Shown here one piece after another: positions 10,092-19,415 of a stretch of DNA of 64,000 nt. The notes below the pieces were generated by a model that made no database searches, was not told where the DNA came from, and was given only the letters and a program-made list of their open reading frames with translations. Position 1 is the stretch's first letter. Each line of letters opens with the position of its first letter. A program made the translations under genes and the position numbers. The DNA comes from an archaeon. Lineage in GTDB: Archaea; Nanobdellota; Nanobdellia; Woesearchaeales; JBDRAZ01. The stretch lies in contig JBDRAZ010000038.1 of NCBI GenBank assembly GCA_043823195.1, positions 3,592 to 67,591 of the forward strand, in the 5' to 3' direction.

Positions 10092-10667
10092 GTGGAGGAA
10101 CCAAAAATGACTGGTCGAGACGATGTGTATGAAATATTAGCTGCACAAGCTGAAATCGAACCTTGCCCTGCGTGTGGCCATACAATGAAAGATACGTATG
10201 GACATTGCGAGTGTTGTGGACAGATAGGTGATATTGAGCCTAGTTCTGGTCCAGACAGAAATATGGCAAGAGACGACAGAGTGTGCGAGATTATTTCAGT
10301 AATGCACGCTAGATATAAATTAGAAGATAAAGGATTTAAAGTAGTTAGTATAAAAAGGAAGCCCGCCAGAGGGCCGGATGAGTTAAATAAAGATTACATT
10401 GACAAATTGCTTGAAGATTTTTCAGGTAGCCAAGAGGAAGTGCTTAGGTTATTAAATGAAAATCTTAAAGGTATTCCTGACCTTCTCTGCCTAAAAGATG
10501 GTGTACTATCTTTTGTTGAAGTCAAATCAAATAAATCACAACTAACAGGTGATCAGAAGAAAGTTATGAAATTATTAAAAGATAAAGGATACAATGCACG
10601 TGTCATGAAGTTTGGTGTCACATTCAATGTTGAAGACATAGATAAAAATTGTAACCCAAGCGTGTAG
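10092..10667 (+). CDS. VRR-NUC family PD-(D/E)xK nuclease with N-terminal zinc ribbon
   Basis: N-terminal CPACGH...CECCG zinc ribbon. The C-terminal GIPDLLCLKDGVLSFVEVKSNKSQLTGDQKKV matches the VRR-NUC pattern G-PDL...E-K...Q. Confidence 0.6.
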   Translation: MEEPKMTGRDDVYEILAAQAEIEPCPACGHTMKDTYGHCECCGQIGDIEPSSGPDRNMARDDRVCEIISVMHARYKLEDKGFKVVSIKRKPARGPDELNKDYIDKLLEDFSGSQEEVLRLLNENLKGIPDLLCLKDGVLSFVEVKSNKSQLTGDQKKVMKLLKDKGYNARVMKFGVTFNVEDIDKNCNPSV

Positions 10668-10769
10668 AATTCAAATATGGGTACTGCTTCTGGTACTTGC
10701 TATAGATATGCACTAGTATTTACTTACGGAATCTGCAAATGTATATAACTATTAGCATATTATTAGACC

Positions 10770-11627
10770 ATGATGATTAATATATCCACAATTAACGAAT
10801 ACACATTCTGCCCATATCAGGCATATAATTCTCTGAACAAAGAGAACATAACTAAACTGTTACCAAGCGATTCCTTTGTTGCCAGGAATGATTCTTTTCT
10901 AGAAGATCTTAAAAACAATTTCTACGATTACATTAAAACTGGAAAACTACTGAGTCCCGATAAGAGAACCGTAAAAAGTATGATGCAATCAAATACTGTT
11001 AGTCATATCTCAGAGTTAGGTGTAATTAGTGAGAAGGAGGGGCTACAAGGGTATTGTGATGAAGCTCAAGTTTCATCAAATGGAATTACACTGATAGAAT
11101 ATAAAACTACCAAGCAAGAAAGATCCCATGACTTCAATAATGATCCCGCCATTAATCAGTTAATTGCATATGCGCATTCTTTTCAGGAATATTTTGATGC
11201 ACAGGCAACAATAACTCTAAGAGTGATTAGGATATTTTTACGTGATAAGGTGAGTTTTATAAATAGATGCCTTCTGAATCCAATTGGTCATGATGGATCA
11301 TCAAGTTTAGGAGAGTCCGAAACAAGCGATAATATCAATTGGGCCGCATCTATGGAAATCATATATGAAAAAGCTTACAAGTTAGAGTTGTTGAACCGTG
11401 TTAAGCCAATCATACAACGAATCAAAAAAGCTGATTTTAGTCATCAGGATAATCGTTCAAGATGCAAGAAATGTAAATACAAGTATAATTGTTGCGATAG
11501 TCTGGCGTATGTCCCAGGAGTTCTGAGAAGCCAATTACAGGTAGATTGGTCGAAAAAATGCGGTAAATGCGATAATAATAAACGCTGTGCAAGAGTGATT
11601 AGAAAACAGATGGGTTTAATCGGCTAG
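10770..11627 (+). CDS. Cas4/RecB-like (DUF83-type) PD-(D/E)xK nuclease with Fe-S cluster cysteines, standalone
   Basis: N-terminal YTFCPYQAY (Cas4-like first Cys). Central ITLIEYKTTK (ExK motif). C-terminal CKKCKYKYNCC = CX2CX5C, plus an extra KCGKCDNNKRC. No cas genes or CRISPR array nearby. Confidence 0.55.
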   Translation: MMINISTINEYTFCPYQAYNSLNKENITKLLPSDSFVARNDSFLEDLKNNFYDYIKTGKLLSPDKRTVKSMMQSNTVSHISELGVISEKEGLQGYCDEAQVSSNGITLIEYKTTKQERSHDFNNDPAINQLIAYAHSFQEYFDAQATITLRVIRIFLRDKVSFINRCLLNPIGHDGSSSLGESETSDNINWAASMEIIYEKAYKLELLNRVKPIIQRIKKADFSHQDNRSRCKKCKYKYNCCDSLAYVPGVLRSQLQVDWSKKCGKCDNNKRCARVIRKQMGLIG

Positions 11628-11690
11628 GTGGGGGTATAGATTCAAATGTGTTACATTTTTCTTTCAGATGTATTACATTTGAGTTTTTTG

Positions 11691-11969
11691 TCACTCAACA
11701 TCACCATATCCGCTATGTCTGTTCCTTCTTATATTGGCAATAACGGTCTTAGAAATTAGGCCTATTGAACTGTCATGTATGACTTTTGAGCCTATCGACG
11801 CTAATTGTTTCAATGCTGTGCTATCTTTGGGTTGTTGAAGGAACTTTTTATTCTTTTGAAGCTCTGCATATTCCTGTTTATTCATCGCTACAGTGAATAC
11901 TATCCGCTTTCCTTTCTTCTTTTCTTCATCTAGTGTATAGTTAACAAATGGTATTCTTTTAATTGTCAT
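11691..11969 (-). CDS. hypothetical small protein
   Basis: 92-aa AT-rich ORF with no motifs. Confidence 0.3.
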   Translation of the reverse strand: MTIKRIPFVNYTLDEEKKKGKRIVFTVAMNKQEYAELQKNKKFLQQPKDSTALKQLASIGSKVIHDSSIGLISKTVIANIRRNRHSGYGDVE

Positions 11970-12575
11970 CGGAGGCTTTGTTATTTTGTTCTTTCTCTAC
12001 CAAACTCTCTTGTTCCTTTCGCCGTCTGTTATCATCCGGATTTTCTTGTAAGTTCCCATGAATGTTCTGGATCAGGAAAAAATGTTATTGCTAAATCATA
12101 TGCATCACTATATGTAGATTCTACCTGAACTAACCAACCACCTGGAACTAACAGTCTATATGTGCCGCTACTTACTGTTTCCCACTTTCTTGGATATGGT
12201 TTCATATTATCACCCTTTCTTTAAAATATATTTTTAGTATATAAAAATTTGGTTCGGGCCGGAATCAAAGAAATTCCTTGAAAATATGTTGATCTCGTTT
12301 GACGGATGTTGTTGGCAACTGAGATTTTGTACATAGACATGAAATACTAATTTACGATACCAGATAGAATTAATATATTACTGATCTGGCCAATAGACCC
12401 GTCAATTGCAGAAATCTATAAATAGTTGCATCACCCCATAAAGCAACCAGGGGGTACATTCTATGGCAGTATGCCATAGTTGAGGAAGTAAGCTGAAGGA
12501 ATACGATGATCTGTGGAAACAAATAGATGAGAAAACAAGAAAATTTAGAAATGTCTAGTCACATTATATTTATAA

Positions 12576-13781
12576 ATGGAAGTAAACAATAAAACAGACA
12601 CATTTGAGTTGATATACTCTTTCTTCATGTTGGTGTTTGGAATATCTGTGATTCTTTGTTTTATTGTTGTAGTTGCGTATATGGTTATATTGTTTAACTT
12701 GATCTTTTTACTTTTTTGCTGGCCAATTTTGGCAGGAATATGGATGGGAATTTTTAAGAATTCAGAGAAGAGATACGAGATTGAATTAAACTCATCTGAT
12801 GCAAAAAAATTATGTATGATTATTAATAAAGTTACAACAAAAACAGGACTTCCGAAACCATACAAAATCATTTTATCGGAAGGCAGTGGGGTTGCAGTAA
12901 CCGGATTATTTAGAAGGAAGATAATAATAGGATTAGCAACTCTACAACTATTAAATGAGAATGATTTGCTGGCTATAATTGCACATGAGTATGGTCACTT
13001 TGCCAAAAAAGATACCATTTTGGGTTATTTTACTTATAGAATCCAGCTTTTTTTTGAATTGCAGCGTGATATTAATGAGCAAAATTTGGCTGTTTCGTTG
13101 TCAATAATTGTCTATCTTCCTACTTGGTTATTCTTCGCATTCCTATCAGACTATTATGCGTTAATTAGTTTATGGTTTAGTAGGAGAATTGAATATCGGG
13201 CAGATAAATTTGCAGCAGATTTTGTTGGAGCAAAAGAATTTGCTGATGCACTTGTCAAATATAGCGTTATAAGTGAGATATTTGAGAATGTAATCCCTAA
13301 ACATATTTTACATTTTCTACAACAGAATAAACAATTAGTGAATATTTATGATTACATGAATCCAATTTATACAGAAGAGAATGTTAAAAAATCTTTCAAG
13401 GAAGTTTTATCAAGCGAAAGTAGTTGGTGGTCAACACATCCAAGCATTAGTGAACGATTGGAAGCTCTTAATGCTAAATCTGTTGATGTAAATATCAGCA
13501 CAAATCAGGAAGACTTCATTGATGATCAGAAAAAATATGAAGAAAAAGCAAGTGAAGTATTGAGTCAAAAAATGGCTTTTTGGGCACACCTTGCATCTGC
13601 TCAACAATACGTAGAGTCTGAAGATATTGAGCCTGAAGATGAAGAAGATAACCAAGTAAATCAACAAAGTGCATATTTTTGTACAAAGTGCGGGAATCAA
13701 GTAAGCGAAGATGATATTCATTGCAAAAAATGTAAGCAACTGCTTGCTGTTGATGGAGCCTGTGTAAGGAGGGAATTTTAA
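12576..13781 (+). CDS. membrane Zn-metalloprotease, M48/M56-like (HExxH), with C-terminal zinc ribbon
   Basis: N-terminal TM helices. AIIAHEYGHFAKKD is the HExxH motif typical of M48 (Ste24/HtpX-like). The C-terminus has CTKCGNQVSEDDIHCKKCKQ. Confidence 0.55.
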   Translation: MEVNNKTDTFELIYSFFMLVFGISVILCFIVVVAYMVILFNLIFLLFCWPILAGIWMGIFKNSEKRYEIELNSSDAKKLCMIINKVTTKTGLPKPYKIILSEGSGVAVTGLFRRKIIIGLATLQLLNENDLLAIIAHEYGHFAKKDTILGYFTYRIQLFFELQRDINEQNLAVSLSIIVYLPTWLFFAFLSDYYALISLWFSRRIEYRADKFAADFVGAKEFADALVKYSVISEIFENVIPKHILHFLQQNKQLVNIYDYMNPIYTEENVKKSFKEVLSSESSWWSTHPSISERLEALNAKSVDVNISTNQEDFIDDQKKYEEKASEVLSQKMAFWAHLASAQQYVESEDIEPEDEEDNQVNQQSAYFCTKCGNQVSEDDIHCKKCKQLLAVDGACVRREF

Positions 13782-14350
13782 TGAAAATTTCTTTTAAAGT
13801 CACAAGCTATTATGCGAAGAATAAAAAAATATCCAAACTTCATGGAACCTTATTTATGATCGCAGGATTTATTATTTTAGTATTTATCTCCTACGGGCTA
13901 TATCAATTAAATACAAATTTTGGTTCAATATCTGAAGATAGGATCTCAGGCGATCATTCATCTGATTCTGGATACTATGTTGATGTAGATTGTTCAAATA
14001 TAAGTACTACAACGGGTAGAATGAATCTGGCTTCCTCATTTTTCATCGGGGAAGAGTCTGAATATGAATCTGCAAAGAGCAAATATTATTCAACCTCAAA
14101 TATTGATTTGAAATTAGAATCCTATGAACAATGGGAAGAATCTTACCGCTCATTAATCTCTAAGTTTAATGGTATGATATTTGCATATAATGAAGACTCG
14201 TTATATTTTGATTATTGTTATAATTATTCTGCATGGGAGGATATTGAAACAAAAAGGGCATTTCTTGATAGTGAAGAGATTATTATTGATACAGAATATG
14301 AAAAATTAAAACCCGAAGCTGAAGCAGAGGGATATATTTTTTATGAATGA
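13781..14350 (+). CDS. membrane-anchored hypothetical protein
   Basis: Start overlaps the stop of the M48 gene. It has one N-terminal TM helix. Confidence 0.35.
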   Translation: MKISFKVTSYYAKNKKISKLHGTLFMIAGFIILVFISYGLYQLNTNFGSISEDRISGDHSSDSGYYVDVDCSNISTTTGRMNLASSFFIGEESEYESAKSKYYSTSNIDLKLESYEQWEESYRSLISKFNGMIFAYNEDSLYFDYCYNYSAWEDIETKRAFLDSEEIIIDTEYEKLKPEAEAEGYIFYE

Positions 14351-14408
14351 TTTAAACGGAATTCAATAAATAGCAATACTTTTAAATTCCAATAAACTTA
14401 GTTTTAAT

Positions 14409-14648
14409 ATGTCGTTCATAAACAAAATATTTCAAGTTTGGTATTATTTTTTTGGATTCGTTGTAGGTATAATCTTTTTCTATCTTGGAAAATCAAGAAT
14501 TTCGATGGGTATAAGTTCAATAAGAACATCTGACCCATACACATCTCATTTTATGAATGTTGGATTATTGTATGTTCAGACTAGTTTGTTAATCTTGATT
14601 GTACTTACTATTGGTATTACCTACTCTTTAACAAAATCCAAAAAATAA
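14409..14648 (+). CDS. small integral membrane protein
   Basis: 79 aa with two predicted hydrophobic helices. Confidence 0.3.
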   Translation: MSFINKIFQVWYYFFGFVVGIIFFYLGKSRISMGISSIRTSDPYTSHFMNVGLLYVQTSLLILIVLTIGITYSLTKSKK

Positions 14649-14973
14649 TCTTACGGGCTATGGCGGACTTTGATTTTCACCTTCGAAATGTTGCACTCTC
14701 GCTACGCTCGCTAGGTTAAATTGGGCTAAGTTAAACTCTGGACTCCCCCTTTCTTATACCTTATACCTCTCCCGTGCGGGGCACAAATAAACACCAGTTT
14801 CTTTATCCAGACTTAACCGCTCGATAAGATTAGGTCCTTTTCAAGAGGGTGTTTTTTATAGGTAGTAAAGGTGCCAGTAGTAGCACATTGTGTGCCGACA
14901 TAAAGATTTAAGCAAGGAATCGTGACACAAAAAAGTGTAATATTCTATGATTACTGAACTTTTAGCTTTATTA

Positions 14974-15321
14974 TTACTTTTTTAATTTAATAATCGATAT
15001 TTTTATTTCTGTAAATATATCGTAACACAAATTTCGGTTAGAAAATATACTGTATAAGGATTCAACAAGAAGAATCACAGAAATTATTTCCCAGTGATCC
15101 AATAGAAAACCTACGATTTCATTCCAATAATTGCCAAAGTGATTTAATCCGTCTGGATCTTGATCTACCATTAGTAATACTTCATATTCCCAAGAAGGTT
15201 GCTTCCACCATAGATAGATTATTACAATTGCTTGGACTATTCCACGTTCTCGATTTCTTTCCATCAAATTTAGACAGTCACATTTAGCTAATATATATAT
15301 CGATAGATGGATTTTATTCAA
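14974..15321 (-). CDS. hypothetical protein
   Basis: 115-aa ORF with no motifs. Confidence 0.3.
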   Translation of the reverse strand: MNKIHLSIYILAKCDCLNLMERNRERGIVQAIVIIYLWWKQPSWEYEVLLMVDQDPDGLNHFGNYWNEIVGFLLDHWEIISVILLVESLYSIFSNRNLCYDIFTEIKISIIKLKK

Positions 15322-15382
15322 GTCCTAGCCATAGATTTATATAATCCAAAGTATACAACCTAAATGCTTAAAGGATATTAAT

Positions 15383-16171
15383 ATGAATCGAAAAATATTT
15401 GCTCTATTTGTATTGTCCATTATGTTGATGACTGGGTGTGTTTCTCAAGAGTCTTTCAAGACTCTTCAAACTCAATACGATGAATTGAACACTGAAAAAT
15501 CTGAGCTTGAGGTATTGAACGAAAATTTAACTGCTGAAAAATCTGAGCTTCAAGCATCAAACAACGATTTGGCTGCTGAAAAATCTGAGCTTGAGGTATT
15601 GAACGAAAATTTAACTGCTGAAAAATCTGAGCTTGATACTCAATTAACCAAGAATTTTGTTTTTCTCAGGGAGTATTCTATTGCCACGAATAATATCCAC
15701 GTAGCTTCAAGTTATTTTGAATTGGGATCTACGAATCTTAATACAGGAAATTTTTATGTTCTCACAGAAGGGTATTATTATGAAGTTGCAATTTCTTTTT
15801 ATGAAGCTGGAAAGCGACCTGTTTTAGATGCTAAAGAATTACTAACCAAAGCTATAGTAAAGTTGGAAAATATTGAGGAGGATGCACCTAATTCATTTTT
15901 TAAGGAAGATGTTAAAAATAGAATTGAACAGGCCAGGCTATTATTGGCATCATGCGACAATTTGTATTCTTTGCTAGATTATGAGGGTCAGCATTTATAT
16001 GAAGTTAATTTTGGCACAGCGGCCAAGGCAACGGAGTACTTTAATAGATACAATAGTGTGGTTACAGATTATAATTCAAATCTGAAAACACTAAGTGATA
16101 TTCAAAACAAAATTGACTTGAATTGGGACCAGGATTGGTATCCGACATTTCAAGAAGAATCAGTCATTTAG
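15383..16171 (+). CDS. lipoprotein with tandem coiled-coil repeats
   Basis: Signal peptide plus lipobox-like LMTGC. Repeated L(T/A)AEKSEL(E/Q/D) heptad-like units are encoded by near-perfect nucleotide repeats. Confidence 0.5.
   Translation: MNRKIFALFVLSIMLMTGCVSQESFKTLQTQYDELNTEKSELEVLNENLTAEKSELQASNNDLAAEKSELEVLNENLTAEKSELDTQLTKNFVFLREYSIATNNIHVASSYFELGSTNLNTGNFYVLTEGYYYEVAISFYEAGKRPVLDAKELLTKAIVKLENIEEDAPNSFFKEDVKNRIEQARLLLASCDNLYSLLDYEGQHLYEVNFGTAAKATEYFNRYNSVVTDYNSNLKTLSDIQNKIDLNWDQDWYPTFQEESVI
15492..15635 (+). repeat. 59-bp perfect direct duplicate (two copies 27 bp apart) inside the lipoprotein gene
   Basis: ctgaaaaatctgagcttgaggtattgaacgaaaatttaactgctgaaaaatctgagctt occurs at 15492-15550 and 15577-15635. 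The unit gctgaaaaatctgagctt occurs four times. Confidence 0.7.
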
Positions 16172-16370
16172 TTTATTTCGTCATCAATTAATTGCCGTTT
16201 AATTCTTGTTCTGTAAATCGGCTCGTTACTGATTATTCCATCTCCAATAGTATCCCGGTCTTTTTCTGGGCTTTGTTTCCCCTCTTCCCTACATTCTTTT
16301 TTCCTTTCAGGCTAGCCCTGAGCGTACTGAGATGCTTCGTCAGTGCTAACTCTTGAATAGAGGGCGATAA

Positions 16371-17642
16371 TCAATTCTCTTCTCCAAGGAACATCTTCTT
16401 AAACTCTTCAAACTGCTGTCGTTTGACTGGATCAGCCATGATCTCTGCGTAGACCTTGAGTCGTTTGTCAGTCTCGTTCTTGACTATCTCCTGGTCTTGG
16501 ATGGCTGTTTCCATCTTGAGAGGTTTGTAGCATCTGAAGCAGTACCTCTCCCTGGGATTGTTTAGGGTTCCGCAGACACAGAGGACGGGTTTATCGGTCT
16601 GGTCTTCCTTGGTGCTGATACCGTTCAGTTTCATAATCACATCTTGAAGTTGCTTGGTGCAGAGATGGACATATACTCTCACTTGCTTAGAACCGATCCG
16701 CCACCCCATATATTTGCAGAGGATGGCTTCTGTTACGTGAGGTGCCAGTATTGTAGCTCTCGAGTGCCGGAACCAGTGCCAGTTGTGCCTTTTATCTACT
16801 CCTGCTGCTTTGAAACATCTGTCAATAAGCTTCTGCCCTCCCCTGTGTACTAATGGCTTATGTAACCGATAATTCGAATCAGAGAGCCAGAGGTAGGTAT
16901 TGTTGCTTTCCCTGTATGGATGGATCTCAAGATACCGGATTAAACGGGGGACTGACTTGGTAACATAGACTATCCGTTGTCCGGTCTTGCCATCTGGTAC
17001 ATGTATCTCAGCATAATTCTCTTTTATCCGTATGTCCCCCACCTTGAGATTCAGGAACTCCCCGGCCCTGCATCCGGTTTCATGTAGCAGCATAAGAAAG
17101 GCTTTCTCCTTGTGCGTCCGGGCGCCTTTCTCAACTGCAGAGTCGATGTCATCCTCTGTAATTATGGTGTTGGGATCTGCTTGTCTTTGCTTGCAGCTGC
17201 TGGAAACCTCTTTCTCCAGGAAGCGATACAGCTTTCTTGCCTCGATTCGTTGATCCTCAAGCTTATTGAATAGTCTTTCATCTTCATCTTTATACCAGGA
17301 ATAAAACTGTTTCAGAACTCTCCTATAGTCTGCTCTGGTTGCATCGGACTTTTCCCCTAACCGGTTAATGAAGGATACTAGAGTCAGACAATCCTTTTTA
17401 TTTAGTCGATCAAGGTCCTTATCCAAGTTCAGAGCGCACTTCAGCCATCTGCAGATGTTCCGCAACTGGGCAGATAATTTTGCAACCCTGAGCTCCCCTG
17501 AGCCCGTAGAAAACACATAGTTATGGAACTCAGTTATCAACTCCTTGTTTCTTAGGCTGATCTTCTCAGCCTTCAATAACTTCAGCTCTTTCCCATAGGC
17601 CTTATGCCTATCAGGATATATCTCAAGTCTGCTTTCCTTCAT
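16371..17642 (-). CDS. int: tyrosine recombinase / integrase of the integrated element
   Basis: Catalytic-domain residues are present: R in CRAGEFLNLK, HxxR in HWFRHSRAT, and a Tyr-containing RVYVHL segment. There is an N-terminal SAM-like domain and a C-terminal CVCG...CFRC zinc ribbon. The gene is immediately adjacent to the tRNA-Ser att site. Confidence 0.8.
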   Translation of the reverse strand: MKESRLEIYPDRHKAYGKELKLLKAEKISLRNKELITEFHNYVFSTGSGELRVAKLSAQLRNICRWLKCALNLDKDLDRLNKKDCLTLVSFINRLGEKSDATRADYRRVLKQFYSWYKDEDERLFNKLEDQRIEARKLYRFLEKEVSSSCKQRQADPNTIITEDDIDSAVEKGARTHKEKAFLMLLHETGCRAGEFLNLKVGDIRIKENYAEIHVPDGKTGQRIVYVTKSVPRLIRYLEIHPYRESNNTYLWLSDSNYRLHKPLVHRGGQKLIDRCFKAAGVDKRHNWHWFRHSRATILAPHVTEAILCKYMGWRIGSKQVRVYVHLCTKQLQDVIMKLNGISTKEDQTDKPVLCVCGTLNNPRERYCFRCYKPLKMETAIQDQEIVKNETDKRLKVYAEIMADPVKRQQFEEFKKMFLGEEN

Positions 17643-17733
17643 TTTTTGTTTCGTAAGAATTAGAGGTTATTAAAGCCGTTAATACAAGGAACATCATGCC
17701 ATATTAGATATGGCAGTGCACCTTGATATTCCC

Positions 17734-17748
17734 ACGCCAGGCCCAGGA
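17734..17748 (+). repeat. attR-like 15-bp direct repeat within tRNA-Ser 3' end
   Basis: acgccaggcccagga covers the discriminator, the acceptor 3' strand and part of the T-stem of the minus-strand tRNA-Ser. Confidence 0.7.
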
Positions 17749-17832
17749 TTTGAACCTGGATGTCCCGGAGGACACTCGCTTTCTTTAGTATATTCGAGGC
17801 GAGCGCGTTAAGCCGGATTCCGCCAACCTGGC
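17735..17832 (-). tRNA. tRNA-Ser (anticodon CGA) with 12-nt intron at canonical 37/38 position
   Basis: Manual fold of the reverse complement. Acceptor GCCAGGU/GCCUGGC. 3-bp D-stem with long D-loop (type II). Anticodon stem CUCGC/GCGAG, loop CUCGAA with inserted UAUACUAAAGAA. Long variable arm GUCC-UCCG-GGAC. T-arm CCAGGUUCAAAUCCUGG. No encoded CCA. Confidence 0.7.
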
Positions 17833-17862
17833 ACAGCATGAACTGGTGAATGGTCGTATAAA

Positions 17863-18480
17863 TTACTTTCGGGCAAGAAGGGTGGGATCATAGCCTCTGA
17901 TAGTTGTGTTCCTGCGCAACCCTGTCACCATGTAGACAAAGGGCTCGCCTTCTGCAAAGTTGTTCCTGTGGACTGATTCGTGGTCAAGGACATGGTTGAA
18001 TGCGTCGCCTGTAAGCTCGCTTGCGATGGTAACGTGGCCAGTTGATGTGCAGATGCCGTAGGCGCCAAGGACCATCATCGGAAGCCTGTCAACATGGGGA
18101 AACGGAGCAATATGGGTAACTGAGAGGACTTTTTGGTTCTCAGCAAATACTATCCTGTCCAGTTCGTCGGGCTCCAGCTGCGGAGCAAGGTAGATGCTTA
18201 CAGTCTTCTCATCTGAATACTCAAAGACAAATGAGTATTTTTTGCCGTGGGCATCGTCTTTTTCAGCTTCTTCTCCTACAGCCTCTGCAAGGGCGCCCCT
18301 GATCTCCTCATCGTGCAGCAACGAATCTATTGATTCCGCTGCCGGGCCCTGAACATCCTCATTTTCCTGCATCTGGTAAAGCTGCATGGCGTACCAGAGC
18401 TGAAGGGCATATGGGTTCATACACAGCGGAGAGGCCTTTTCATTTAAAAAGCTTTTGTAGAAATCATTAAATATATGCAA
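17863..18480 (-). CDS. hypothetical protein
   Basis: 205-aa ORF with host-like GC. No family recognised. Confidence 0.4.
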   Translation of the reverse strand: MHIFNDFYKSFLNEKASPLCMNPYALQLWYAMQLYQMQENEDVQGPAAESIDSLLHDEEIRGALAEAVGEEAEKDDAHGKKYSFVFEYSDEKTVSIYLAPQLEPDELDRIVFAENQKVLSVTHIAPFPHVDRLPMMVLGAYGICTSTGHVTIASELTGDAFNHVLDHESVHRNNFAEGEPFVYMVTGLRRNTTIRGYDPTLLARK

Positions 18481-19365
18481 GAAAGATTAAAACGCATGAT
18501 ATGGAATGGGATAAGGCCGTATGTGCTGCATCTGAGGCCCAAGTCGTTTTTTATCGTTACCGGGCACATGCTCTTTGGAGTTGTCATGGCTCTTCTGCTA
18601 AATAATGCAAATATTCAATATGGTGACATCATAATTGCTGTCGTATCATGGACTGTCCTGCTTAACGGCGGTGCCCTTGCCTACAACTCCTATTTCGACA
18701 GAGACAAGGGAAGTGTTAACTGGCTGGATAAGCCACCCATGATTCCTGCCGGCCTCCACATATATGCTCTGATACTGATGGCTTTGGGTCTGCTGATACT
18801 GTATAGCATCAATATGCGGATATTCATTGCCGGCGCAATATGCACAGTTCTTTCAATAATGTACTCAACTCCGCCTCTTATCCTAAAAAAGAGGGCATGG
18901 ATTAACGAACTTACCAATTCATTGTGCTATGCCACATTAACTGCATATGCAGGTTATGCAGTGTTTGACCTTCCACTGGATTATGCGTTCATTATTGTAC
19001 TGGTCTGCTTATTTATACTGGGGTTTGGGAGTGTGCCAATCGCTGAAATATACCAGAACAGGGAAGATAAAGAAAGAGGATACAAGACCGTGAGTCTTGT
19101 GCTGGGTACGGGAAAAACTCTGATATTCTCTATGACATGCATGAATATTTCATTTCTGATTATTTTTGCAGGCGGTGCCCTCGGATATCTGAACAGGGCG
19201 GTTTTTATCATGGTCCCTTTTTACCTGTATTTTTTGCATTATTACCTGAGCTGGTACAGGCGACATACTGCCACCGGGCAGGTGGATGAGAAGAAAGAAT
19301 TGTATAAAGGGTATTTGCTGTGCATATTATGGGATGGATTCTTTATCCTGGCCTACATGCTATAG
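18475..19365 (+). CDS. UbiA-family prenyltransferase (integral membrane)
   Basis: Multiple TM helices. NSYFDRDKG matches the UbiA motif NDxxDxxxD. Confidence 0.7.
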   Translation: MQERLKRMIWNGIRPYVLHLRPKSFFIVTGHMLFGVVMALLLNNANIQYGDIIIAVVSWTVLLNGGALAYNSYFDRDKGSVNWLDKPPMIPAGLHIYALILMALGLLILYSINMRIFIAGAICTVLSIMYSTPPLILKKRAWINELTNSLCYATLTAYAGYAVFDLPLDYAFIIVLVCLFILGFGSVPIAEIYQNREDKERGYKTVSLVLGTGKTLIFSMTCMNISFLIIFAGGALGYLNRAVFIMVPFYLYFLHYYLSWYRRHTATGQVDEKKELYKGYLLCILWDGFFILAYML

Positions 19366-19415
19366 AAAGATATAATAATCGCAAGAGCAAGGGTTAACTG
19401 TATTGTGAGGTAAAG

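Larger units (their letters stand above)
5817..17748. mobile_element. integrated element (~11.9 kb) inserted into the 3' end of tRNA-Ser; integrase-proximal end at the intact tRNA
   Basis: There is a sharp drop in GC content compared with the flanking host DNA. Identical 15-bp direct repeats acgccaggcccagga sit at 5817-5831 and 17734-17748; the latter is the 3' acceptor/T-stem of tRNA-Ser. A tyrosine integrase is encoded adjacent to the tRNA. Confidence 0.7.

Noticed and set aside
15487-15650. A repeat array that might be a small CRISPR.
   Set aside because: The repeats lie inside a coding sequence, encode coiled-coil heptads, have no unique spacers of uniform length and no cas genes. It is a protein-coding tandem repeat.
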